A program made the translations under genes and the position numbers. The notes beneath the pieces are model-generated. The model searched no databases. It was not told where the DNA came from and saw only the letters and a program-made list of their open reading frames with translations. A DNA stretch of 64,000 bases from contig OZ024763.1 in assembly GCA_964016885.1 (NCBI GenBank), forward strand, positions 5,208,001 through 5,272,000, given 5' to 3'. Of the stretch, positions 42,561-54,741 are shown in pieces. This DNA is from Eledone cirrhosa. Lineage: Eukaryota. The first letter of the stretch is position 1. Every line of letters begins with the position of its first letter.

Positions 42561-42789
42561 AGAAATGTAAAATGTCTTTGATAGCAAATGTTTTCTTATG
42601 TTAAGAGGTTTTGATTCTTTGTAGCAAGAGCGTTTCTTAAAGAAAGATAAACATTCTTTCTCTCTTTGGTATCTGACTACTCTACATCTCTCAGCTTTGT
42701 CTGATCGAGTGTGTATGTATGGGTGTATGTATGTATGAGTGTGTGTATTGTATGGGTGTATGTATGTATGTGTGTACTTTCAAACACAC

Positions 42790-42830
<41 letters not shown>

Positions 42831-43044
42831 GAGGTTGATGTTAGGAAGGTCATCCAGCTGTAGAAATCAAGCCAGAATCAGTTCCCGTATGAGCAAGACA
42901 AGGTCAGCCGAACGGGCACTGCCCACAACAGGACCACCCATCTAACCCATGCTAGCGTGGAAGAATGGACATAAAACGGTGATGATGATGATGATATATA
43001 GATATAGATATATAGATAGATAGATATGTGTATCCCGGGTTCAA

Positions 43045-43097
43045 GCACTTTCCTGACGATTTCCTTCGAATGAAACAGTTCTAGTCCTGTAGAAGCC
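43045..43097 (+). ncRNA. Type I hammerhead ribozyme-like motif
   Basis: CTTTC CTGACGA TTTCCTTCGAAT GAAAC AG-TTCTAGTC-CT GTA GAAG. Homologues at 40736-40788 (minus) and on both strands of 43911-44040. Confidence 0.6.
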
Positions 43098-43307
43098 ATC
43101 TCTCTCTCTCTCATATACATATATATATATATAAAGAATTAGTATATCTACCAACATATGTATACAAATGCATACCTATGTTAGCAAATATATATGTTTT
43201 GTCTTAGTAACTTTGTGGTTCTATGCAAGGGGATGCAGAACAATTATATGAAAGACGTAAATAAGAAAGTTATGAAAGTCAATTTTCATAACTTTCTTAT
43301 TTACGTC

Positions 43308-43354
<47 letters not shown>

Positions 43355-43708
43355 TGGTGAAACACCAATACAGTTATTTTCGAAAAGTCGGTATAATTCA
43401 GTAGAAAAATATGAAGGACAAATGGTGACAAATGAAACAAAACAAAACAAAATAATCTTTTATTCAGTGTATTTTGCCCTAATATTTCAGGACTAATACC
43501 CTCTTTTAAAATGTGAAACTGAAACAGTCCTAGACTATATGTATGTATATATATATATATGAAGTATTTCCGTAGAAAGGGTAAGGGAAGGGAGAGTGCT
43601 CTATGTATGTTCTGATGAACGATTTCAGACGTTTCAAGTTGAGCTCGCCTGTCTTCATGAAACCTTTGGTAAATGGAATAATTGTATTGTGTTATTTATT
43701 ACATAATC

Positions 43709-43739
<31 letters not shown>

Positions 43740-44115
43740 TTACAGTAATCAAAGTTCAGTTTAAGTCATTTATTTGCTTACAATTGTTTCCTCCAAACCG
43801 AGGTTTGGATTCTTCGTGATTATAGTGTAGTACTTTACTGTTTTATTTGATAAGATGCGAGAAGCTCAATGCACATTACAGTCCTTTGATTCTCAGGAGT
43901 ACAAAGTGCAATTTAATATAGAAATGGCTTCTACGGAACTAGAAATGTTTCATGCAAAGGGGGAAATCATCAGGGCTTTCCTGATCATTTCCTTTGAATG
44001 AAACAGTTTTAGTCCTGTAGAAGCCATTTCTATATTAAATGTTGTTGTATACACTCTACTAATGTATTGAGTACCTTACTTACTGTGGTTACCTCCGATT
44101 GAACCTGGGACTCAC

Positions 44116-44163
<48 letters not shown>

Positions 44164-44819
44164 TGCGCGACGGTATTGGGGCTCGCCCTGCGGTCAAGAC
44201 CATAAAAGCATTTCTGCGGACAATGGCGAACGACACTTACTGAAAGATCCAACCTCGCTTTGTAGGGTTCCTTCCTCAGATGGGTCACTGATGTTCCAAA
44301 GTTGCAGAGGAGCTCAGCAGGCAGTACAGGGTCTGAGTATGACCCAAGGTTTTGATGGGAACCGGTGCGAAGAGGAAGCAGCTGGACAACCCCTGGCATT
44401 TGTTTGGCTCCCTTTTCTTTGCATTGTGGGCCGGGGTACCAGGATTTGTGGCTAAAGTGACTAAGATGTTTTTTTTCTTATTAACGATATCTTCAATATC
44501 TTTTTTTACTTCATTTTAGTCCTTCTTATTTTCCATTTTAGTCCTTCTTTTTTGTGAAGGCGTGTGGCTGAGTGGTTAGAGAATTGGATTCGCAATCGTA
44601 AGGTTGTGAGTTCGATTCCTGGACAGGGCGATGCGTTATGTCCTTGAGCAAGACACTTTATTTCACGTTGCTCCTTCTACCTGGAGTTGCTCCTTCTACC
44701 TAGATAGTATTTGCAATTGGAAAGACCAACGGAAACATTGTTTCGTCGGCCCGATTTGATGAAAGTCGATCGTTCCTTTGTATTTTCCAATGACACAATA
44801 TATTTGTTTACCTTCCCAG

Positions 44820-44933
44820 CGACTACCTGCGGTGCTCACGAGTTCAAGTGTAACGATGGATCTTGTATCAAAATCTCACAAAGGTGCAACAGAAAAACTG
44901 AGTGTTCCGATGGATCAGATGAAGCTGGATGCA
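44820..44933 (+). CDS. HSPG2: LDL-receptor class A repeat 3
   Basis: (P)TTCGAHEFKCNDGSCIKISQRCNRKTECSDGSDEAGC. Acceptor cttcccag, donor a|gtatgt, 114 nt. Confidence 0.93.
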
Positions 44934-44987
44934 GTATGTATTTTTACATTAAATCTCCTTCCTTTCTTTCATCTCTCTCCCTCTTTC

Positions 44988-44999
<12 letters not shown>

Positions 45000-45028
<29 letters not shown>

Positions 45029-45040
45029 CACACACACACA

Positions 45041-45086
<46 letters not shown>

Positions 45087-45945
45087 TATATGTATATATA
45101 TATAATTATATATATACACACACATATATGTATATATATATAATTATATATATATACATATGTATATATATATAATTATATATTTACATACATATGTATA
45201 TATATATATAATTATATATATACACACATGTATATATATATAATTATATATACACACATGTATGTATATATATATAATTATATATACACACATGTATGTA
45301 TATATATATAATTATATATATACACACATATGTATATATATATAATTATATATACACACATGTATGTATATATATATAATTATATATACACACATGTATG
45401 TATATATATATAATTATATATATACACACATATGTATATATATATAATTATATATACACACATGTATGTATATATATATAATTATATATACACACATGTA
45501 TGTATATATATATAATTATATATACACACACATGTATATATATATAATTATATATACACACACATGTATATATATATAATTATATATACACACACATGTA
45601 TATATATATATAATTATATATACACACATGTATGTATATATATATAATTATATATACACACACATATGTATATATATATATAATTATATATACACACATG
45701 TATGTATATATATATAATTATATATACACACACATGTATATATATATAATTATATATACACACACATGTATATATATATAATTATATATACACACACATG
45801 TATGTATATATATATATAATTATATATACACACACATATGTATATATATATATATAATTTTATATACACACACATATATGTATATATATGTAGATATATG
45901 TATATACATACATATATGTTTATCTATATATATATATATATATTC
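45000..45945. repeat. TA/CA-based ~35-bp degenerate minisatellite
   Basis: Recurrent TATATATAATTATATATACACACATG. Confidence 0.9.
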
Positions 45946-47789
45946 ATTCATACATACAGACAAAGAGAGAGATCTGTTTTTTTATTTGTTTTTCTTTGTC
46001 TTTTTCATGTAGCCACTCTTACACACACAACCAGACATACTTACACCCCCCCCCCCACACACACACATTCACTCAAGTACTTGTTTTGGTATCACCATCA
46101 GTAATTCCCTGAAGTACTTACACTATATATATATATAACGAAGGAAGCCTGGTAAGGAACCAGATGGACCATAACGCACCAGAGTACTCAATACTTTGGG
46201 TAGTAGAGAGGCTAAATATATATATATATATATAGTGTAAATAAGCTAAAACTGGTTGACATCACAGTTGAGATTTTATGTATCTCTATACCCACTCTAC
46301 ATTTCTCCATGTATTGAGTACTCCTAAGATTAGTGGTCTCCTTGGCCCAAAACAAACAAACACACACAAACAAACAAGCAAAAAAACAAAAACAAAATTG
46401 ATAAATAAAAAATAAATAATTAAGTTTCTTTTCTTTCTAGGAATTTATTAATTCTTTTACAATCTTTATTTCAGTCTCGGAATTTATTATTTAAAAAAAT
46501 ATTTTATGTTTTTATTTGTGACATTTTTTGGTTCCTTTTTTTTTTTATTTGTCTCTCATTTAATTAACATATTAATTAATTATATCACTGTATCAGTAAC
46601 GAACAGTGTCAACATATATTGTAAGAGATAAATATTTCAGCAAAGAATCTGTAAGGATTTGGTTTCAGTTCATCAGTCAAAATGGTCCAAGACAGAGTTC
46701 CCATCCTTCCTACACTCGACAAAGTCATAGTTGTCTCTTCTGCTTAGAATTTGCATTTCGGTACATTTACACACACATATATATATATATATAATAAATA
46801 TAATCGAATATTAATAATAACATTCGATTCGTTTGCAATTATGCAAACAAGCCTCAATTTTATAGCCATGTCAGTAGAATAAACCCTTCATTCTTGCTCT
46901 TCTGTTGGCATGCGAACAGAACTGCAGACACTAATGTTTCTGGGCACCACTCTTCATCAGTACAGCTCACTGTTCACCTGCCAAACTGTCAGAGTTAGTG
47001 AAAATATATGCTATTTTCAAAAATACACAGTGACTGATCGGCCTGATTTCCATGTTAGCAGACTGGCTGATCAGTCAGATTTGCATATCAGCAGAATGTT
47101 ATTATCGAATGTTGTTAAAAACTCAGATTACATTTATTGTATTCAGCCATGTAGAGCAAAATTTTCTTTATATATATATATATATATATTTATTGAAATA
47201 ACAGATTAAAGTTTAAGCAAAGAATCACTGCTTTCACTCTTAACGGGATCTTCTGAAACTATATATATATAATATATATATATCATTTAATTATTATTAT
47301 TATTAGAGTCTCAGTCATTGATGTTATTTAACTGGAAAGTTTGTTCGAATGAACATCAAGCCACTTCCTGCAGCCTCAGATATTCAGGACGTATCGGAGG
47401 GTTCTTGCTGTTCCCAGCAAGCATTCCTTTTGAAGTGTTCCAAAAAGGGGGCTAGACTTTAACCATCCTTGAAAACTTATTATATATGTATCGATATATA
47501 ATGCAATAGCATTTTATTTATTTATTTAGTATTTTTTTGTCAAATTTTAGGGGGTTTTTTTTTCAAATTTTAATTTTAATTTATTTATTTATTTAAATTT
47601 AAATTTTTATTTATTTATTTATTTATTAGTATTTTTTGTCAATTTTTTTAAATTATTTATTTCTTTAAAAAAATTTTATTTTTTCAAATTTTATTTAAGA
47701 AAAAAAATTTTTTTTTCCAATTTTTATTTTTATATATTTAAAAAAAAAATATTACTCACTGTTGTTGTTGTTATTGCCAAACCTTGTAG

Positions 47790-47906
47790 CATCCACTCCT
47801 TGTCGTGCTGATCAGTTTAGATGTGAAGAGGGTCACTGCATAGCTGGCCACTTTCGCTGTGATGGAATCAACCATTGTCCTCTCAAAACTGATGAACTTG
47901 ATTGTC
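47790..47906 (+). CDS. HSPG2: LDL-receptor class A repeat 4
   Basis: (T)STPCRADQFRCEEGHCIAGHFRCDGINHCPLKTDELDC. Acceptor ccttgtag, donor c|gtaagt, 117 nt. Confidence 0.92.
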
Positions 47907-48711
47907 GTAAGTGATATAACCCCCTCTGCCAACAAAACCCCCAAAGAAAAAGTGTTTAAGGGTTACTAACGAGTAACAAAAAAAAATATATATATATATT
48001 GATTTTATATTTTTAAAAATCACAGAAGTTTAATCCTTAAATCCTTAATCTAGAATTCTCTTCAATCCCTTCCTCTCTACCCCTTTTTTTCTGCTGATGC
48101 TGATGATGATGATGATGATGCTACTCTCACTGCTCCTGATTGTGGTTTGTTTGTTGCTGTTGTTGTTGTGGTGGTTGCTGTTCTCGATGTTGATGTTATT
48201 ATTATTGTCATCGTTATTATTATTATTATTACACCAATCCTCTTGTTTTTCTGGCTGCCTTTGTCAATGTTGTGATATGAACTTTACCCTAAATGACCCC
48301 TTCTTTTATTTTGTTATTTTCTGCCTCTGTTTGTGTGTGCACACCTTATATCCACCTGTTTCACCACCACCACCACCACCACCACACTTGTTATCCACCA
48401 CCACCACCACCACACTTGTTATCCACCACCACCAACACCACCACCACCACATTTGTTATCCACCACCAACACCATCACCTATTTTTTCCATCCTTTACTC
48501 TTGTTTTACCTTCCACCTTTGTTTTGCTTGCCACCACCTCCACTGTTTTATGCTGTTACACCACTATTTCACCCTTTGGTATGTCTATTCAATGTTCCAC
48601 TAGTTTTATTTCAGCCACTGTATTACCCCCACCCACCCACCCAACCACCCACCTTCCTCTCTGAGAGGTCAGTTAACACATTCATTAGGGTATCAATTTA
48701 TCTATCATCAT

Positions 48712-48975
48712 CATCATCATAACCGTTTTACGTCCATTCTTCCACGCTAGCATGGGTTAGACGGGTTGTCCTGTTGTGGGCAGTGTCTGGTCGGCTGACC
48801 ATGCCTTGCTCATACAGGAACTTATTCTGGCTTGATTTCTACAGCTGGATGCCCTTCCTAACACCAACCTCATTTACAGTGAGTGCTGGGTGTGCTTTTT
48901 CGTGGCGCCTACACATCCACTTTACAGTGTGGGCTGGGTGCTTTTTTGCCGTGGCACCTCCACGACCACCTTGCG
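48712..48975 (-). mobile_element. 5'-truncated SINE family A copy
   Basis: Reverse complement of the body and tail of the 40279 copy. Confidence 0.75.
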
Positions 48976-49054
48976 GTGTGGGGGGGGGGGCATATTGTCT
49001 ATTATCTATTATCTATACATCTATCTATCTGTCTGTCTATTGTTTTTGCTCGAT

Positions 49055-49260
49055 GGGGGGTCTGGGTGTCATCCTGGTCAGGCATCCCAGAGGCATCATT
49101 GTGCCAACCAGGTCCACCAGTGCCTTCCATTGATGGCCGTCTTGTGCAGTCCTTCAGCATCCTCCAATGTGACGGTGAGCCTCTGGAAATCTTCCTCAAT
49201 CACATCCAACCATCTGGTGTGAGACCTGTTGTGGGGACCTCAGGCCTCTTCCAGCCCACC
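49055..49260 (-). mobile_element. RTE-type LINE 3' fragment (disabled)
   Basis: Frameshifted GWKRP.../TRWLDVIEEDFQRLTVTLEDAEGL/AQDGHQWKALVDLVG, a typical RTE ORF end. Confidence 0.7.
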
Positions 49261-50601
49261 TCTGCTGCGTCAAATGAGAGTGAGGGAATTGGAGGATTAA
49301 ATACTTTGCAGAATCTGATCTCCAGCCTTCTGTGCTCTGACTTTAGATTGTGCTGAGGTCAACTCTAACTTTCATAATTTCAAGGGTTATTAAATAAAAC
49401 ATCAGTCCAGAGGCAGTAAATAGGCACGGTTGCTTGAATGTTGGACACGATACCTTGCAGTGTCTCTTTCCCTCCTTCGTGTCCTGAACTCACCTGTAAT
49501 ATCACTGGTGCCAAGTTGTATCAGTCTTATTTATTTCCCCTTGGACAATGTTGGAGGCATGGGAGAGGGTAAATTAAATACACGGGTGCCTGCAATACTA
49601 TATAAAAAAACAACCTTAGTTTGGCCTGTACCTTGGAGGAAACCTTTCCAGGTGTAGCTCTATGATTTAATAAGGATAATGAAAATTGTGTACAGTGCTC
49701 AGGTGCCCTTCAACTCATCAAAGGTGCATTTATAGTACATAGAATAATGTACAAAAGTCTGTAAAGTGAACAGTGTTGAGTCATGACATACACACAGACA
49801 TACACTCATGCATGTGTGTGTGTGTGGAGAGGGAATATCAGGTGTAGCGTTGGCAAATTTTCACAATATCTACAGAAGCCCTAAAATAATCTTTCTTCGT
49901 ACACCTCTACTTTACCATCATTCTCTCTCTCAATATTCTCTTCTACTGTGTTGATACCATCTGCCACCCCTACTTTACCCTTCCCTTCCATCCTCTCCAT
50001 TTTACCTTGATTTGTCTTTCCTTTCACACTCCATATTGTTCAAAACTTTACATCTATCCATCTTCTGTTTTACTATCCCTCATCTCTGTGTTACCCTCCA
50101 CTACTTCTACACTCCATATTGTTCAAAACTTTACATCTATCCATCTTCTGTTTACTATCCCTCATCTCTGTGTTACCCTCCACTATTTCTGGATTTTTTT
50201 TGTTGTTGCTTTTTATATTTGCTTTTTTCCTTCCCTTTGTCTTTTCTTCTTAATTTCTCTTCACATTCTCTATGTGACTTTCCAGTTCCTCTACCTTCCC
50301 CCCACTACCTTGTTTCAATTCTCTAACCCACCATTAGATACACCAATCCTATATTCTCAATGTTACCCTTCGTACACTACCACCAATCTATGGCTAGGTA
50401 ACTCTGGCTCTTCTCTAATGCAGAGATATTTGTTGAAAACTACTGTTTCGTTGTAACAGATGCTTCACCATGAACAACATGAAGGATGTGATGACAGGAA
50501 ATATATATATATTCATACAAATATTAAAATTGAGAAAAACTCTAATTATAGGAGTACAAACAAGATAGACAAAAAAAGTGTTCTTTCTAGCCTTACATAA
50601 T

Positions 50602-50650
<49 letters not shown>

Positions 50651-50831
50651 CACACACTAAAGATCTAAACGGCCATCATAAGTGAGGTTTAGCAAACTTT
50701 CATGAGAAATCATAGACAACAACAAATTTTCAAATAATAATGACTCTATCTTATTAATGTCCTATGCTTGTTTTCTGTCACCATTTCAAAGATTTTCAGC
50801 ACTCTGCACATTCTTTGGACCGTACATAATC

Positions 50832-50895
<64 letters not shown>

Positions 50896-51504
50896 TACCA
50901 AGTTTCATGAAAATTATTTCAGCACTTTGCACTCGATTTGGGCCACAACTTCCTGTTACCAATTTGTATTTTAAATTTTATTATTTTTAAAAATATCACC
51001 ACCATCATCATCACCATTATTTAACATCCGTGCTAGCAGTGGAAACAAAATAGAAATTAAATGATTGATAATGATGGTGATATTTTTTAAAATCTTCACT
51101 TTGCACCTGTTTTTGTTTAAATATTTTCTTCCTTCCTTTTTTTAATTTTTTTGTTTTTAAAGAATTTTAAAATATATTTCTTTTTATTTTAATTTCACAC
51201 TTTTTTTCCTAATTTCTGAATTTCTGGACCTTTTGTTGAAGATTTATTTGTTTGTTTTTATTATTTTTTTTATTAATTTGTTTTGTTAAAACAAAAACAA
51301 AACAAAACATTCTTTGCATGTTTATTTTTTGTTGTTGCTGTTGTTTTTTGTCTGATTATTCTACTGTCTCACTTCACACACACTTAACTATTGTTCTCAT
51401 TGTTCCTGTATATTTTTTTCTTTTTCTTTCCCAACAACACCTCACCTCAAAGGAACAGCCAACCTCTGTATTTCTAGACACTTTTGAATTCATTTCTGCA
51501 CCCT

Positions 51505-52105
51505 TATTTATCAGCTTTAGCAACCCACATTTCACATCAAGCCAAGACTTTTTATCAGCTTCTAAAAGCCTAAATTTCACATCTAGCCAAGGCTTATTAT
51601 CAGCTTTTAGAGGGCCTAAATTTCACATAAGCCAAGACTTTTTATCAGCTTCTAAAAGCCTAAATTTCACATCTAGCCAAGACTTTTTATCAGCTTCTAA
51701 AAGCCTAAATTTCACATCTAGCCAAGGCCTATTATCAGCTTTTAGAGGGCCTAAATTTCACATAAGCCAAGACTTTTTATCAGCTTCTAAAGGGCCTAAA
51801 TTTCACATCAAACCGAAGCCTATTATCTGGCCCTAGCTTATATATTTTAACAACCTACATTTCACATTTGGCCAAGGCCTACTATCAGCATTAGTGGTTC
51901 TACATTTCATACCAGGCTCTGGCTTATTACCTGTTTTAGCAACCTACATTTCACAACTGGCCATGGCCTATTATCAGCTTTAGCAACCTACATTTCATAT
52001 CTGACTGAGGCCTAACACCTGTTTTAGCAATCCACATTTCACATTTGTCCAAGGACTATTATTAGATTTAGATGGCCTACATTTCACATCTGCCCTGGGC
52101 CTATT
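51505..52105. repeat. Degenerate ~41-43-bp minisatellite
   Basis: Recurrent CCTAAATTTCACATCTAGCCAAG...TTATCAGCTT. Confidence 0.85.
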
Positions 52106-53122
52106 ACAAGCTTGATGGGATGGAGGGTGGGGGGGGGGGGGCTGGATGTATTACCAGCTTCGCATAGACCTGTATATACAAACACTTTTGGGACAGACAG
52201 ATAGACAGATAGACAGATAGATAGATACATAGACAAATAAATAGATAGACAGATAGACAGACTGGTAGACAGACAGATAATAGACAGGTAGGCAGATAGA
52301 CAGATAGATGTGTGTTTTGTCAGAAATTTATCTTTTCTAAACCTAAAGGAAATATTTTTACCTGTTCTATTTGTTTTCACCTGTAATTTGTTTCTTTGTT
52401 TTTTTTTTTTTATAATTCTGCATGTGTTGGATTCAACTTGCTTCACTGCATTCTACTGCACTTCACTGCAGGGGTTCACTATCAGGACCTGTTTTCTAAT
52501 CTCTATCTCTTTCACATCTAATGCCATGCTGCTTTTCAAAGGTTGCTCTAATATTGTGGTTTCCAAACTGTTTACCGCTAAGATGGCTAATTACTCTGCA
52601 AACTTATATGTACATATACACACACATACACATATATATACATATGGACTCGATAAAGGTTGTATATATATTTATATATAGGGTAAAGTACCCCTTCGGT
52701 CACAAATGACCATGAGGTTTGCATCTAGAAAGTTGCCTTCCGAGGAACAAGTTTGGGCAAGGTTGTTTGTGGAAGACCAGTAGTTGCCCATGCATACCAG
52801 CCTCCCCTCTCCACGCCACCGATGTTGTCCAAGGGAAAGACAAAGGCCGATACAGCTTGGTACCAGTGACGTCGCAACTCATTTCTAGAGATGGATGAAC
52901 TGGAGCAGCATGAAATAAAGTGTCTTGCTCAAGGATACAGCACAAAGCCTGGTCTGAGAATCAAACTCACAACGTCACGATTGTAAGCCCGACGCTCTTA
53001 ATAAGCCATGAGCCTTTATATATATATATAAATAAAGTTTAGCTCTACACCTCGCCACTGATGTGAACCTAAACATCGAGTGCTCACCTGGGTGAATCTA
53101 CAGTAACTTCATGTTATACTCC

Positions 53123-53174
<52 letters not shown>

Positions 53175-53179
<5 letters not shown>

Positions 53180-53640
53180 ATAATGATAAATTTGAAGACT
53201 AAAATCCAAAGAGGGCTCGATAAGGATAAATATATATCAAATATATAAGAACTGTAGAGCAAATATTTATTAAAATAACAGATTAAAGTTTAAGCAAAGA
53301 TTCGCTGCTTTCACCCTTAACGGGATCTTCTGAAACTAACAAAGTCAATCTGTGAACGCAGAAGTGAATATTTCAAAAAACGTTGCAACCGAAGGAAGAC
53401 AGGAAGACGATACTTTGGTTCGTGGAAACGTTCCCTGGCAAAGAACGGGGAAAAAACTATTTGCTCTACGGTTCTTATATATTTGATATATATTTATCCT
53501 TATCAAGCCCTCTTTGGATTTTAGTCTTCTAATTTATTATTATTACTATATATATATAGTAATAATAATAAATTTGAATCCGTTAAGGGTGAAAGCAGCG
53601 ATTCTTTGCTTAAACTTTAATCTGTTATTTTAATAAATAT
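53175..53640. mobile_element. (TA)n-embedded repeat family C with inverted terminal segments (Penelope-like remnant)
   Basis: Segments recur in rearranged and inverted form at 2225-2360, 5602-5826, 21588-21750, 47188-47260 and 53660-53745. The minus strand has AATAAA upstream of a common end abutting (TA)n. Confidence 0.6.
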
Positions 53641-54335
53641 ATATATATATATATATATATAAACCCGTAGAGCAAATATATATTATTAGCACAGATTAAA
53701 AGTTTAAGCAAGCAATTTCTGCTTTCACTCTAAAGCCGGATCTTTTTATATATATACATATATATATATATAAACACATACACATATATTAGTTTAGTTT
53801 ACTGCAAGCTGTCTGTTTAATTTTAAAGATACTGCTATAAACATTTGCAGTCTTTTTTTTAAAAAAAAGGTGTTTTCTTTTATATTTTCTGCTGAAATGT
53901 TAAGAGTTAATAAATTTTAAAATTTCTGGACAGAGTGAACCAAAATAATTTTATTTTCTCTAAATTTTTCCACCGGTAACAAAACGTCTGGGGACCACTG
54001 CTTTGGTATTTCTAATACTGTTTTGTTTTGCATATATATTCATGTCTCTCAATGTTACTAATTCAAAACAGTGATGGATTGATAGACAGAATCGGTAGAG
54101 TGTCAGTTAAAATGCCATTGTGGTATTTAATCTGATTCTTTACATTCTTAATTCAAATCCTTCCGAGCTTAACTTTGCCTTTCATCCTTCCGAGGTCGAT
54201 AAAATATAGTACCAGTAATACACTGGGGTTGATTTAATCAATTTTGCCCTTTCTCCAAATTTATTATTATTTCTATTGTAAATGTATATTTTTTAATATT
54301 GTAAAATTTAATTTGTCTGTGAATATTAGAATATA

Positions 54336-54741
54336 CAGAGTATGCCAAAAGTCACAAAGGGGGACAGTATATTGTGATCTGTGGGTGTAGTAAATTCTTT
54401 AGTGACCCCAGCTGTAGTATCAACTACATTTTATATGGAAACATATTCAAGGTTTTAAGAATACACCAAAGTGACGATATCCAAGTAACTCCAGCCTGTC
54501 TTGATCTCCTTTGATGTGCTCGAGTTAGGGTCTTTGATCCTCGCTGGGTCAAAATTATTCAACCATGGTTTTGACAGTTAAATTTCACAATTCTTAATTA
54601 CTCTTTCATCGTAATTTTTTTCGTGGTTAATTCTCAAGATTGCTTTTTCCAAATTCTGTAAAAAAAATACAAAAAATGTAATTATAATTAAAACAATTTT
54701 ATTAAGATTTAAAGCCTCTTCGAGACTTTTGGCCCACCCTG
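54336..54741. mobile_element. Tc1/mariner-type non-autonomous element (MITE)
   Basis: Imperfect terminal inverted repeats CAGAGTATGCCAAAAGTC and GACTTTTGGCCCACCCTG, with TA on both sides. Confidence 0.6.

Noticed and set aside
51252-51836. 194-aa ORF with repeated FTSSQDFLSASK
   Set aside because: It comes from a ~42-bp minisatellite. It is open only in phase 0 from the nearby AG, while the flanking exons need phase 1.
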